This document shows, in pieces, positions 11,361-21,394 of a stretch of 64,000 nucleotides of DNA. Numbering within the stretch: the stretch's first letter is position 1; each line of letters starts with the position of its first letter. The position numbers and the translations under genes are program-made. The DNA comes from an uncultured bacterium. Lineage in GTDB: Bacteria > Babelota > Babeliae > Babelales > JACPOV01. Below the pieces are notes generated by a model. That model saw only the letters and a program-made list of their open reading frames with translations, was not told the origin of the DNA and made no database searches. The stretch is from the NCBI GenBank assembly GCA_963744715.1, contig CAVUUR010000012.1:1-64000 (forward strand), written 5' to 3'.

Positions 11361-12398
11361 ATGAAAAAAATAGCGTACCTACTGAGTATTAGTGTTCTTA
11401 TGTGCGGTAATATTATTAGTATGGAAAAGCTTGAAGAAATATTAAAAAAAAGTGATCCCGAAGCAGATCTTTATGGGGCAGTGGTGAATTCTTATGCAAA
11501 TGGCAGAGCGCAGACCCGCATAAAAATTGTAGATGCAATTAAAAAGGGTGCGAAACCTAATCTGCGTGATTTTAATCCTCTAAGGTATGCAATAGGTACA
11601 AAAGACCTTCCATTGGTATTTTTTTTGCTTCAACATGGCGCTTATATGAACTTTAAAGACGCCTCAGGATTGACTACTCAAGCCTATATTGATGACTTGA
11701 TGACTTTTAATACTCAACAAGAAAAAGAAAAGTTTATGTCAGCTATAAATGGCTTTTTGTTACAACATGAAATTGAAGGAAGTTGGCCAGATCAGAAGAA
11801 TATTATAAAAAAAACGTTATTCGATGCGTTAAAAAAGAAGGATTTAGAAAAAATAAGAAACTTATTGAATGAATGGGATATTTTTGACATTAATCCTAAC
11901 ATACAATATGAAACTGGCAGAACACCTCTTGTGTATGCAGTATTAAAAAATAATAAACAGCTCGTTGATCTTTTACTACGACAAGGTGCTAACCCAAATA
12001 TTGCTGGCAAAGACGGCATAACACCCCTTATGTATGCGGTATTAAAAAGTAAAGAAGAGCTCGCTGATTTGTTACTACAACATGGTGCTAATCTAAATAT
12101 TACTGATAAAGACGGTGTAACACCCCTTATGTATGCGGTATTAAAAAATAATAAACAGCTCGTTGACTTTTTACTACAACATGGTGCTAATCCAGATATT
12201 GCTACTAAAGTGGGAGATACTGCTGTTAGCATGGCAGCATCGCATGGATATCAAGATATACAAAATCTTTTTGAACAGATAGAACTAAGCGGGATACGCT
12301 ACAAAGAAGCACAAACTCATTTTGCCCAGGAACGTGCTCCACAAAAAAGTGCTGCGAGAAAAAAAGAGAAGCGAGCATGCAACGTGCCAAAGAAATAA
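11361..12398 (+). CDS. Secreted ankyrin-repeat protein
   Basis: Signal peptide; GxTPLxYAV...LLxxGANPN repeats, seen as 99-bp DNA tandem repeats at about 11915-12210. Confidence 0.93.
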   Translation: MKKIAYLLSISVLMCGNIISMEKLEEILKKSDPEADLYGAVVNSYANGRAQTRIKIVDAIKKGAKPNLRDFNPLRYAIGTKDLPLVFFLLQHGAYMNFKDASGLTTQAYIDDLMTFNTQQEKEKFMSAINGFLLQHEIEGSWPDQKNIIKKTLFDALKKKDLEKIRNLLNEWDIFDINPNIQYETGRTPLVYAVLKNNKQLVDLLLRQGANPNIAGKDGITPLMYAVLKSKEELADLLLQHGANLNITDKDGVTPLMYAVLKNNKQLVDFLLQHGANPDIATKVGDTAVSMAASHGYQDIQNLFEQIELSGIRYKEAQTHFAQERAPQKSAARKKEKRACNVPKK

Positions 12399-12580
12399 AG
12401 GAAAAATACAAGAAACTAAAAGCAACTACGTGTAAAAAACAAGAATCTGAACGTAAATAACGTGAAATAATCCCTATAAATTCCCTTAAAAATTAAAAAA
12501 TGACTTGCATTACTGTTAAAAATGCTATAAATTTATTACTATTAGGTAACTTTTTTTAAAAAAGTCTTGATAATAAGCTA

Positions 12581-13381
12581 TTGTTTAAAATATATACAAT
12601 GAAAAACAGAAATGGGGTTTTTGTGAAATATACGAGTTTTCTTATTGCTTTACTTATGCATATGGGTTTATTTTCTCAACAGATAGCCGACACCTTAAAA
12701 GGCAGCCAGAACAGATTAGATCAAAATATAGCGGGATTGCTTGCATATAATATAGTAGATACAACTACATCAGTTGATCAAGATTCAATAAACGATCTTT
12801 TTGCGAGGTTGCAGGCTTTATCACGCGTGAGTAAAGATGCTAATACGATAATTAAACGTCTCGTATTTACAACTGAATCCGAGGCGCAACAATTTAATTT
12901 GTATTTACTGGATCGACTTTGTCAACTTCCTACTGCTAACCTTCCTCGTGCTAATAGTGGTATTCAGTATAGGGATGGATTTTGTCAGATTCCCGGTGTT
13001 GCTCCACTTCCCAGCTTTGAATTTTCTGATTATATGAAAAATATTATTTCTGATGATGTGCTCAGTGGAGATTCTAAAAGAGCAATGATTGCAGCACGTA
13101 TAGGAAATCCTTATGCGCTTACTGTATTAGGATTGAAGATAAAGAATGCCGGTGATATTAAACGCGCTTTTAGCATCCCAAAAGAAATAAAGGGATTTCA
13201 TTGTATTAAGGGCGATGCAGATGAAGAAGATTCATTTCAAAAACGACGAAAAATCGGTAGCAATCAGTCCCATAAAAAGGTTACATTGTATTATACCGAA
13301 GAATATGAGCCACTTGATGAAACAATTGCAAAATTTCCGCGATCCACGCAACGATTTTGTAATGATATTTTGTTAGTTTAA
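12581..13381 (+). CDS. Hypothetical exported protein; real start probably GTG near 12623
   Basis: Long ORF with a signal-like segment KYTSFLIALLMHMGLFS. Confidence 0.65.
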   Translation: MFKIYTMKNRNGVFVKYTSFLIALLMHMGLFSQQIADTLKGSQNRLDQNIAGLLAYNIVDTTTSVDQDSINDLFARLQALSRVSKDANTIIKRLVFTTESEAQQFNLYLLDRLCQLPTANLPRANSGIQYRDGFCQIPGVAPLPSFEFSDYMKNIISDDVLSGDSKRAMIAARIGNPYALTVLGLKIKNAGDIKRAFSIPKEIKGFHCIKGDADEEDSFQKRRKIGSNQSHKKVTLYYTEEYEPLDETIAKFPRSTQRFCNDILLV

Positions 13382-13466
13382 AAAAACTAATTACAATTGA
13401 TTGTCACTGTTGCAATAGATCATCAACAAGTATATTTTCTACAATGGTAACATAACAAGGAGTTAT

Positions 13467-13808
13467 ATGGTTATCAAACAATGGTTTAACATTTTTTTCA
13501 TAAGTGCCTTACTATCAATTTCTGGTGTGCAGGCGGTTGAAATAATTAATAATACTTCACAAGATATTGTAGTCAAGGTTGATTTGTTTATTAGTCGTAT
13601 TGAGCCGTTATGGATTATAACGATACACCCTGGCCATACATGGAATCATCCCGATATAGAAGAAGTACTAATCAACGTTGAGAAGAATGCGCAAAAATAT
13701 TCATTCGATAATCTTGGCCCATCTGATGTGATTTGTTTTGTTGAGGTTGATGATGAAGTTATCGTTACAAAATCCCAGAAATGCTGTATATTGCCTCATG
13801 TGCAATAA
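13467..13808 (+). CDS. Small hypothetical exported protein
   Basis: AAGGAG RBS; signal peptide ending VQA. Confidence 0.7.
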   Translation: MVIKQWFNIFFISALLSISGVQAVEIINNTSQDIVVKVDLFISRIEPLWIITIHPGHTWNHPDIEEVLINVEKNAQKYSFDNLGPSDVICFVEVDDEVIVTKSQKCCILPHVQ

Positions 13809-13991
13809 GGAATTACAAGAGATTTTGTTCTAACAAGGGTTAAAATCAGTTATAAAGTTTTTGCCGTTTTAGAATTGCTGATAATAGAATTAACATTAGC
13901 GTCTAATAATGACCTTGCAAGTATGACAGTATTGTGGTAGTTTTTTCGATGCATTAAAAAACAATAATTTTTTTAGTAAAAAGGATATGTC

Positions 13992-14282
13992 ATGATGAAG
14001 TATTTGATGCTCTTAATAACGATGTCTGTCGTCATGATAGCCATGGATGATGGCCAAAAGCACGAAGAAAATTATGGTACATTTGCGGCACTAATACCTA
14101 CATTGAAGAGTACATCTGCTCTTGCTAAGGTTGTTAATCCGGAAGGCAAAGTATTTGACCTCATTACTCAGCGTGATGACGTAGGAAATCCACACCCAGT
14201 TTTTCCACCGGAAGCTTTAGATGGAAAAGGTAAATTAAAAAAAGGCTGGTCTGTAAAAAATATAGCCGTGCAAAAACAATAG
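13992..14282 (+). CDS. Small hypothetical exported protein
   Basis: AAGGA RBS; signal peptide followed by MDD. Confidence 0.7.
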   Translation: MMKYLMLLITMSVVMIAMDDGQKHEENYGTFAALIPTLKSTSALAKVVNPEGKVFDLITQRDDVGNPHPVFPPEALDGKGKLKKGWSVKNIAVQKQ

Positions 14283-14332
14283 GCTGTAGATATTCAAAAA
14301 AATTATTTTCATTTTAAAAAAAGATAAGGGTC

Positions 14333-14836
14333 ATGAACAATATGCGTATATATACTATCATTCTTTTTGCAGGAGCTTTTGCTTTTGTATCATCTATGAA
14401 TAATGCGATGCAAAATACCAAATCCAAATCCGTTGAACCAACATTACAAGAAATACGTTTGCCTTCCTGCCCGCATGGAGAAGTTTATAAAGGTTTTTAC
14501 GGTAAAGAGTATAAAGTTCTTGCTAGTCAAATACGTTTATTCGATTTTCATTTTATTGGTACTGGCATTATTGAAGGTCGTAAAAAATTTTGTTGCATAG
14601 CGGATGTAGATGCGAATCAATACATAACGTTTGATGTTGATAAAGATGAGGAACTAAGCGGCTTTCGCTATAATGCAGGCAGTGATTGTTATTCAAAAAA
14701 CTCTATCAGTGCAGATGATGTCAATGCACAATCTGATTTCAACAAGGTTGCAGAATTATATAATTTCATTTATGAACTTGAAAAGTATGTGCTCACACAA
14801 AAAAATACTTTTAAAAATGCGCAAAACGCTCGCTAA
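14333..14836 (+). CDS. Hypothetical exported protein
   Basis: Signal peptide followed by MQN. Confidence 0.7.
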   Translation: MNNMRIYTIILFAGAFAFVSSMNNAMQNTKSKSVEPTLQEIRLPSCPHGEVYKGFYGKEYKVLASQIRLFDFHFIGTGIIEGRKKFCCIADVDANQYITFDVDKDEELSGFRYNAGSDCYSKNSISADDVNAQSDFNKVAELYNFIYELEKYVLTQKNTFKNAQNAR

Positions 14837-14978
14837 AAAAGTAGCTTATCAAGGTAAATCTCTATAGAGAACTTCTCAAATAAGGTTGTCCCAGAAATTA
14901 CTTAAGATTTTTTTACATTAGGTTATACTAAACAAACCTTTTTTTAGTATAACCCCTAATCCAGTTAAGGAGGCATTC

Positions 14979-15197
14979 ATGGTAAAAAAAATCTTGAGTA
15001 TACTATTGTTAGCAGCTTCATTAAATGCTACTCACCATAACGTGAATAAAAAATTTGAGCATAATTTTTTTGACAAAGGTGCTACCTGTAAGGATTGCGG
15101 TATTATTGTTTTAAAGAAAGAAGAACTTCGCCATCATATTTGCAATAAATGTATTCGTTGTAAAGCGTATCACCCAGGACGATGCACTAAGAAGTAA
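14979..15197 (+). CDS. Small exported Cys/His-rich protein, putative zinc finger
   Basis: AAGGAGG RBS; signal peptide ending LNA; CKDC..HHIC..CIRC..H...C. Confidence 0.7.
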   Translation: MVKKILSILLLAASLNATHHNVNKKFEHNFFDKGATCKDCGIIVLKKEELRHHICNKCIRCKAYHPGRCTKK

Positions 15198-15216
15198 ATT
15201 TTTTAATTAGTTATGA

Positions 15217-15378
15217 CTAAATTTTTGTATCATGTGTCAATGGCGGGATGTTTCTAACAGCATCTTTAAACGTTTCATCCGGTTGCCAAAATGAAGTAAC
15301 GTCCTGAGCAACATCTTTGCTCAAGGGCGGATTAGCTTTAGTAAGCATCTTTGCACAATATCTTTGTAAAAGATCTTT
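15217..15378 (-). repeat. Duplicated 3' end of the gene at 15957..17468
   Basis: About 160-bp direct repeat of 15957..16117; reads KDLLQRYCAKMLTKANPPLSKDVAQDVTSFWQPDETFKDAVRNIPPLTHDTKI-stop. Confidence 0.85.
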
Positions 15379-15554
15379 AATCAAAACTGATATTACACGT
15401 AAAAACCCCAGAGTATTGCCGGTTCATGATGCCACAGTACGACGATATTGACAAACAAGCAATAAATGGTATGATTAAGAATAAAATAACCATAATATTA
15501 TGTTATGGAAATATTATTTTACATGATTAATTTTTTTATATTTAAAGGGTTTTT

Positions 15555-15857
15555 ATGTTTAAAAATATAGGTAAAGCATTAGTTCTTTGTGCATTATTAG
15601 GTTCACAATCGTATACGGCAAAGGCTGGCGTCCCATCGGGTGATGATTTCGTGGAAGGATTAGCCGTAATAGGGGTAGGTATAGGATTGGCCGGTGTTGT
15701 AGTTGGCACCATAGGAAGTTTTGGTTTGTACAAATCTTTTCAGTGGGCAAGGCGCGGACAAGGTGCTAAAAAATATGTTGGTATTAGCGCTTTAGTTGGA
15801 ACAGGTCTAGTGGGTGCATACGGTTTAGGTAAACTTTCTGAAATTCTGAAGAAATAG
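15555..15857 (+). CDS. Small exported membrane protein with two Gly-rich hydrophobic helices
   Basis: Signal peptide ending AKA; TTGACA/TATGAT promoter at 15448-15475; terminator downstream. Confidence 0.75.
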   Translation: MFKNIGKALVLCALLGSQSYTAKAGVPSGDDFVEGLAVIGVGIGLAGVVVGTIGSFGLYKSFQWARRGQGAKKYVGISALVGTGLVGAYGLGKLSEILKK

Positions 15858-15878
15858 TTCACCTGTTATCAAATTTTA

Positions 15879-15913
15879 TAGAGGGTTAGAATAGTTATTA
15901 TTCTAGCCCTCTA
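15879..15913. terminator. Intrinsic terminator hairpin
   Basis: TAGAGGGTTAGAATA..TATTCTAGCCCTCTA followed by a T tract. Confidence 0.7.
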
Positions 15914-15956
15914 ATTTTTAGTAAACTAAAAATAAATTTTTTAGTTAGTTGTGTCT

Positions 15957-17468
15957 CTAAGCTTTTGTATTATGTGTCAATGGCGGGATGTTTCTAACAG
16001 CATCTTTAAATTTTTCATCCGGTTGCCAAAATGAAGTAATGTCCTGAGCAACATCTTTGCTCAAGGGCGATTAGCTTTAGTAAGCATCGTTGCACAATAT
16101 CTTTGTAAAAGATCTTTTTGTAGAGCGGATTTTGTGGCAGGAACAAATAATTCGCCTTTTATCATACATAATTTTTTTAAAAATTCTTTACCGTGGGATG
16201 TTTGCACAAACTTGTAAGAAAAGTATCATGCCACGTTTTCCATTCAGTATTCAAAATGTTGCCAGAACTATCATAAGATTTTGAAGCAGACAGACACAGT
16301 AATAAACTCAGAAACTTTTTTTCTTGAAAACTAGATACTTTAGTATCATTGAAATCGATTGTTTGTAGTATTTTCTGCGCAAGTGATACTAAATTTTCTG
16401 CTAACAGATTTTGATCTTCATAAGTTTCTTGTTCTAGCTGCCATGTTATATGACGAAAAACGTGTGCCGTAAAAAGATCGTAGATACTCCATTGTTTAAA
16501 TATATTGATTAAACGTTTTCCTTGTTGATTATTAGCGCCAATAACACGCGCATAGAGTGAAGCCAGTGCATCAAGATCTGGGTTAGAATATTTCCACGTT
16601 GATGGGTCTGTTTGTTGTTCAATAATGCAGGAATCTTTATCAATGAATGTTGTAATCTTCATCGCATCATCATATTGACTACGTATAGTATAATGATAGC
16701 TATTAATAACATCGATTGATAAAGATGAGATAGTATTTTTGATGAGGTTGCTATCTAATGGTGCTATTGGGAAAGAAGGGATTTCCTGTTTTTGTTGTGC
16801 TTCTTGAAGAGCTTGCTGTTCTTCATCTAATCGTACACGCATGTTATCAATGTCCATGGTGAGTTTTTGTGTTGGATACCTTTTTTGATTTCTTCGAGAA
16901 CGTTGATATTCAGTTGTGTGGTTGCATGGCATTGTGCATCAAAGCCATAAAAGCTTGAATGAGGATAGACTGCGATAACGGGTCGGTCACTGGGTGCCAA
17001 ATACATGAAATTTTCTTGCTCGATATCCTTATCGGTGCACGTTGTTCTCCCCACTGTTTGCATAATAAACCTCAATGTATTCAAACGTTTATCTTGTATG
17101 TTGATATCAGCACCATCATCTAATGCCTCGCAGAATCTTTTTTGGATACTGTATTGTGCAGATAATAATAATCCATACTGTAGAGCAATAGCGTTAATAG
17201 TATTTTTTTCTTTTTCTTCGGTGACTAAAGGGGTTAAGTGGATACTATTTTTTGAATAATGCGTAAGGAAATAGGAATAATTCTGACGTTGATTTGGATC
17301 GGTGAGATACAGCCGCATAATATTGCCGCGTTGGCTTACAGACCAGATAGAGGAATCAGCAAGTTTTTCAGGTAATTGCTTGTTCCATAGATCAATCGCT
17401 GCTTGTTCCATACCATAACAAAAACTAAATGAAATCATGCAATAGATAATTATATTCACGATAAACAT
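15957..17468 (-). CDS. Hypothetical exported protein of about 500 aa, probably one gene with indels near 16900, 16185 and 16069
   Basis: Overlapping ORFs 16827..17468 and 16177..16932, then a continuation EFLKKLCMIKGELF...THNTKA-stop; signal peptide ending CYG-MEQ. Confidence 0.6.
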
Positions 17469-17646
17469 ACTATTTCCTTACGTAAAATTTTAGGTGAAAG
17501 TTTATACTTAAATATTGGTTAGTAAAGGAAAAGTTTAAATTTTTTTAGTAACGTTGTAGAAATAAAAATACACATGGCTTTTAATGCAAAAAACGAGTAT
17601 AATAATGCGAGGTTATTTTTATTGCGTTAAAACATTGGGAAACATT

Positions 17647-18162
17647 ATGCATTATAACAAAAAACTATTATGGTTATTATTAGTAGTATGTAACATCACA
17701 AAAGGTACTAACGTAAATTACGGTGTAGAAATAGGTATAGTTATCGACAAAAAAGATAACAAGATTATTAATAATGGTGAGTATTGTGCTCTGCAAAAAA
17801 TATCATTACAGGCGAACGATTCTTTTCAGGGAAATGGTAACATCTATGCTGAATCGGTTGTAATACATACTAAAAAATTTGAGTTCGCGGGAACTATTAC
17901 CTGTTTTAATCAATGTATTATCAATGTGCAAGAGCCTTTTGATAAAACTATATTTAAACAAGAAGGTCCTGGAGAATTTATTATCAACGTTGGAGAAGAT
18001 TATTACAACAGGCCGGTTACATTACAAAAAGAATCATCAATGTCATTAGAGCCGCTCAAAAAATTGGTTGTGCAATTTCCAAAAAACCATCCTGTAAAAA
18101 CCATGGGAGCTGTTGTTGGGTTATCAGTTGCGTTGGGTATTGCGTTATTTCATAAGAAATAA
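17647..18162 (+). CDS. Hypothetical exported protein with C-terminal TM anchor
   Basis: Signal-like N-terminus, beta-rich core, C-terminal AVVGLSVALGIALF-HKK. Confidence 0.7.
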   Translation: MHYNKKLLWLLLVVCNITKGTNVNYGVEIGIVIDKKDNKIINNGEYCALQKISLQANDSFQGNGNIYAESVVIHTKKFEFAGTITCFNQCIINVQEPFDKTIFKQEGPGEFIINVGEDYYNRPVTLQKESSMSLEPLKKLVVQFPKNHPVKTMGAVVGLSVALGIALFHKK

Positions 18163-18174
18163 ATAGATTACATT

Positions 18175-18207
18175 AAAAAAAGAGCCCATGTAAAAAGTGG
18201 GCTCTTT
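18175..18207. terminator. Bidirectional terminator between convergent genes
   Basis: AAAGAGCCCA..TGGGCTCTTT flanked by A and T tracts. Confidence 0.75.
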
Positions 18208-18215
18208 ATATTTTT

Positions 18216-18935
18216 TTAGGCAGGGGCTAATTCAAATTTTCCTGCAGCGATACCTTGCTTGTAAGTTATATCTTCAAGCAATCGGTCGATGCACTCTATA
18301 GTGCGTCGTACATATCCGCGTTTATCTTCAATTGTTTCTAGTTTTTGAGCCATTTGATCGCATATTACTTTTATCCCAAGGCCTAGGGCTCCTAGTACTA
18401 ATGCTCCACCAGTAATAGCAAGTATTTGGCGGCGGTTATTATCGACTCTTATGAAGTCTTTTGGGGTCATTTTTTCACGAATTGATGCACCATATTTACC
18501 TAGCGCTGATGTAGGGTATAGTTGATCTAATTCGTCAATCCACAGAACAAGAGTCACGGCTGTTATATTTATTGCACTGGCAAAAGATGCTATGCCACTG
18601 GCGATTACGCTTCCTGCACCAATTGTGTCTATTGCATTGCGTAACAAATCGAGTTTTTTATAAGAAAAACAGGTTTTTTGTTGTGCAAGTAGATTTGCTT
18701 TGTGTTCTTTGAGTAGATCTTTAAAAGCCTCTATATCGTCAGTTGCCCCTTTATTGAAACTCTCATCAATAAAAGGTGTAATGTTATCTTTATAACCTTC
18801 TCCATATAATCCATATCCGCTAGCAAGATTATATTTAATCGATTTTGAGATATCAAGAATCGAAATTGCTTGAACAAAACAGGGCATCATGCCCAATAAT
18901 GCGGCAGCAATAAGTTTGAATTGGCGTATCTGCAT
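18216..18935 (-). CDS. Hypothetical exported membrane protein
   Basis: GGAGG RBS; signal peptide ending VQA; two long hydrophobic segments. Confidence 0.75.
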   Translation of the reverse strand: MQIRQFKLIAAALLGMMPCFVQAISILDISKSIKYNLASGYGLYGEGYKDNITPFIDESFNKGATDDIEAFKDLLKEHKANLLAQQKTCFSYKKLDLLRNAIDTIGAGSVIASGIASFASAINITAVTLVLWIDELDQLYPTSALGKYGASIREKMTPKDFIRVDNNRRQILAITGGALVLGALGLGIKVICDQMAQKLETIEDKRGYVRRTIECIDRLLEDITYKQGIAAGKFELAPA

Positions 18936-19156
18936 AAAAAACCTCCATATAATTGAATATTTTTGTTTTACCATTAATTATTTATCATTATATATAAATT
19001 TTAAAAATTATCAAACCGCCAATATGTTATTTTCAAATAGAAAAGTGCTTCTGCCAATGAAGAGCATGGCGCTTGTCATGCCGTTTGACAAATAGGATAA
19101 TTTTTCATATGGTAATAATATTATAGCAATACACATATATAACTACAGGATTCATT

Positions 19157-20152
19157 ATGAAAAGAATTATTATTCTAGTATCATTATTGCTGGCGCATCA
19201 AGCAAATGCTGGCGTATATGACTTTTTTTCTCAATTTTCACTATTCAATAAAGTAAGTCAAAAAATTGCTGAAATTTCTCCAAAGCAATGGGCAGCGACC
19301 ATTGGGCTTGGATTTACGGGTTTATTTGCAACATACTTTGCAAAAAAGAAAGTAGATCAGTATCAAAAAAATGCTATTCAAAAAGATTTTGATGATATGA
19401 TTAATACCTTAAAAAATAATGTAAAAAATGAACAAGATATAGCACTTAAAAATCTTTCTGAACAATTAAGTGCACCAGAAATTTCTCCAAAATTTTTTGT
19501 TAAAAGTGCGGAGCCCAATGCTAAGATAGAAAATAATAATACTGTATTTGATATGATAGAGGTTGCTTCTGCATTAAAAAATCTTAAATTAAGAAGTCCT
19601 AACCAAGATCAAGAAGAAAAATCAGAACTAAAAGAGAAAAAACCAAAACCAATAGAACGAGGAATTACTCTTTTGGGAAAACTTCCCGACTATACACTTA
19701 TGGATAAATATATAATTTCATTTTCTGGATTCCTAACGAAAAATAACAATAAAGCAATACGAATTTCATTCATGGAACGTAGATTAAGCGAAGATCATAA
19801 GTTCGAAGATACATATTGTGTACAGAATCGTAGCGAGGCAGCAGTAATAGGCATTCAAGACAGTTCTGGAAATTTTAGATGGGAAAAAGTAAATAAGTTA
19901 AGTACCGATTTCAACAAAGAAGTTAGGGAAGTAAGGTTATTACGTGGTATAAATTTAATGCCAAATGAGTATAAAACAATATACTTAGGGAAGAAAAATA
20001 AAAGGAAAAAAGTATTATTTGACGAGGAATCGCTTGAAGAAAAAAAAGAATTTAATGAAAATAAAGCATTGAGTGCCAGTGAAACGAAGAGAAAAGCGAG
20101 CCTCGGTAATTTATACAAGCGGATTCAAGCGATAACATATCGAGATGAATAA
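19157..20152 (+). CDS. Hypothetical exported protein with one TM segment and a Lys/Glu-rich tail
   Basis: Signal peptide ending ANA; TM segment WAATIGLGFTGLFATYFA. Confidence 0.75.
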   Translation: MKRIIILVSLLLAHQANAGVYDFFSQFSLFNKVSQKIAEISPKQWAATIGLGFTGLFATYFAKKKVDQYQKNAIQKDFDDMINTLKNNVKNEQDIALKNLSEQLSAPEISPKFFVKSAEPNAKIENNNTVFDMIEVASALKNLKLRSPNQDQEEKSELKEKKPKPIERGITLLGKLPDYTLMDKYIISFSGFLTKNNNKAIRISFMERRLSEDHKFEDTYCVQNRSEAAVIGIQDSSGNFRWEKVNKLSTDFNKEVREVRLLRGINLMPNEYKTIYLGKKNKRKKVLFDEESLEEKKEFNENKALSASETKRKASLGNLYKRIQAITYRDE

Positions 20153-20275
20153 ACATCTCACAAGAGTGAGAAAATGTCTTTACCGGTGAATGGTATTACG
20201 TTCTAGCATTTGACGAAATTAATATTTTGGTTTTTACTTTAGGTAAATAATAACCATTAATTTCAATAATAATGC

Positions 20276-20665
20276 ATGAAGGAAAATAAGATGATTCACT
20301 ATAAAAAATATTTTTTGATAACAATACTGTTAACTGCCATGGCCTCGACATGTTGCCAAGAATCCGTCACCAATCAGGAACAACAATTACAAGAATCATT
20401 TGAACAGTTTGCACAGTACATCAATGCCATCAAAGAACAAGGAATATTTGTTATTCGCCTTGTTTCTTTTGGGCAAAAAAAAGATCAAGTAATGGCACTA
20501 TTACATGAACTATTTTCTAACCAATTTAGTGAACAAGATTGTTTAGAACTACTGGCTACCCTTCCCTTGGGAAAACAAGATGCACAACAAATAAAAACGT
20601 TACTAGAGCAAGTCGGTGCTACCGTTGAACTCGAAGAGGTTGTATTTGAAACCGATGCGCACTAA
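20276..20665 (+). CDS. Exported protein with a ribosomal L7/L12 C-terminal-like domain
   Basis: FVIRLVSFGQKKDQV...KQDAQQIKTLLEQVGATVELE resembles the L12 CTD; has an N-terminal signal peptide. Confidence 0.6.
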   Translation: MKENKMIHYKKYFLITILLTAMASTCCQESVTNQEQQLQESFEQFAQYINAIKEQGIFVIRLVSFGQKKDQVMALLHELFSNQFSEQDCLELLATLPLGKQDAQQIKTLLEQVGATVELEEVVFETDAH

Positions 20666-20706
20666 ACAGAGTGACCCTCGATAATTTTCCTTGTAATGCT
20701 GAACTA

Positions 20707-21330
20707 CTATAAAATTTTTGGAACAAAAGTCCATATTAAGCCAACACAGAGAGAGATTGGGCATATTAAAACAAGTGATCTATAGTAACATTTAGTTAAT
20801 CTCCTGTGAGAATTTCTTTCTTTAATATACTCATGGTGGTGGTGTCGTATTTCCGGATCGTTTATCAGAATAGAGAATTCATCGGGATCATTGGTCATCG
20901 TTGTTTTTTCGATTATTTCTTTGAAAGTAGATTCTTGTAAGGTCTGCCATTGATCATAGGGTAGCAGGGATCGTTCGGGATCTTCCGGTATAAAAGATGG
21001 TGGCAGCATGGTTAAGGTTATTTTTGTACGGAAAGAGCGGCACTCTTGTAATTTAAGAGCATCGCCGCGTTGGTGTGCTGCCAGTAAAACTTTTTCTACT
21101 GTATCGGGTGTTAACGGTTCTTGATAATATTGGTGCTGTTTTATTAAATCTTTGCATGGTTGGGTAATGTGTGCATAGTTTAACGTATACTTTGTACAAA
21201 CTTCTGCGCATAATTGTTGTAGTGGAGGAACGATATATTTTTTCTGATGTTTGTTATGTTCTGTTATTTCCATACTAAAGATCATAAAGTTTCCTAGTAA
21301 CAGCATATTACATAGTATTATTTTTTTCAT
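20707..21330 (-). CDS. Exported protein with BC-box-like motif and C-terminal TM, paralogue 1
   Basis: Signal peptide ending FS-MEI; VPPLQQLCAEV; hydrophobic C-terminus. Confidence 0.75.
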   Translation of the reverse strand: MKKIILCNMLLLGNFMIFSMEITEHNKHQKKYIVPPLQQLCAEVCTKYTLNYAHITQPCKDLIKQHQYYQEPLTPDTVEKVLLAAHQRGDALKLQECRSFRTKITLTMLPPSFIPEDPERSLLPYDQWQTLQESTFKEIIEKTTMTNDPDEFSILINDPEIRHHHHEYIKERNSHRRLTKCYYRSLVLICPISLCVGLIWTFVPKIL

Positions 21331-21394
21331 GATGTTTAGTTTCCTATTATTTTTTATAAAAAATTAAGAAATTTGCTGTGTTGCGAACCAAATA

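Noticed and set aside
11792..12232. Long antisense ORFs over the ankyrin, LRR, pgk, ftsK and giant genes
   Set aside because: Reverse-frame shadows of real genes with no RBS or recognisable motifs
13779..13808. CaaX prenylation motif (KCCIL) in the 13467 protein
   Set aside because: It is followed by PHVQ, so it is not C-terminal as sequenced
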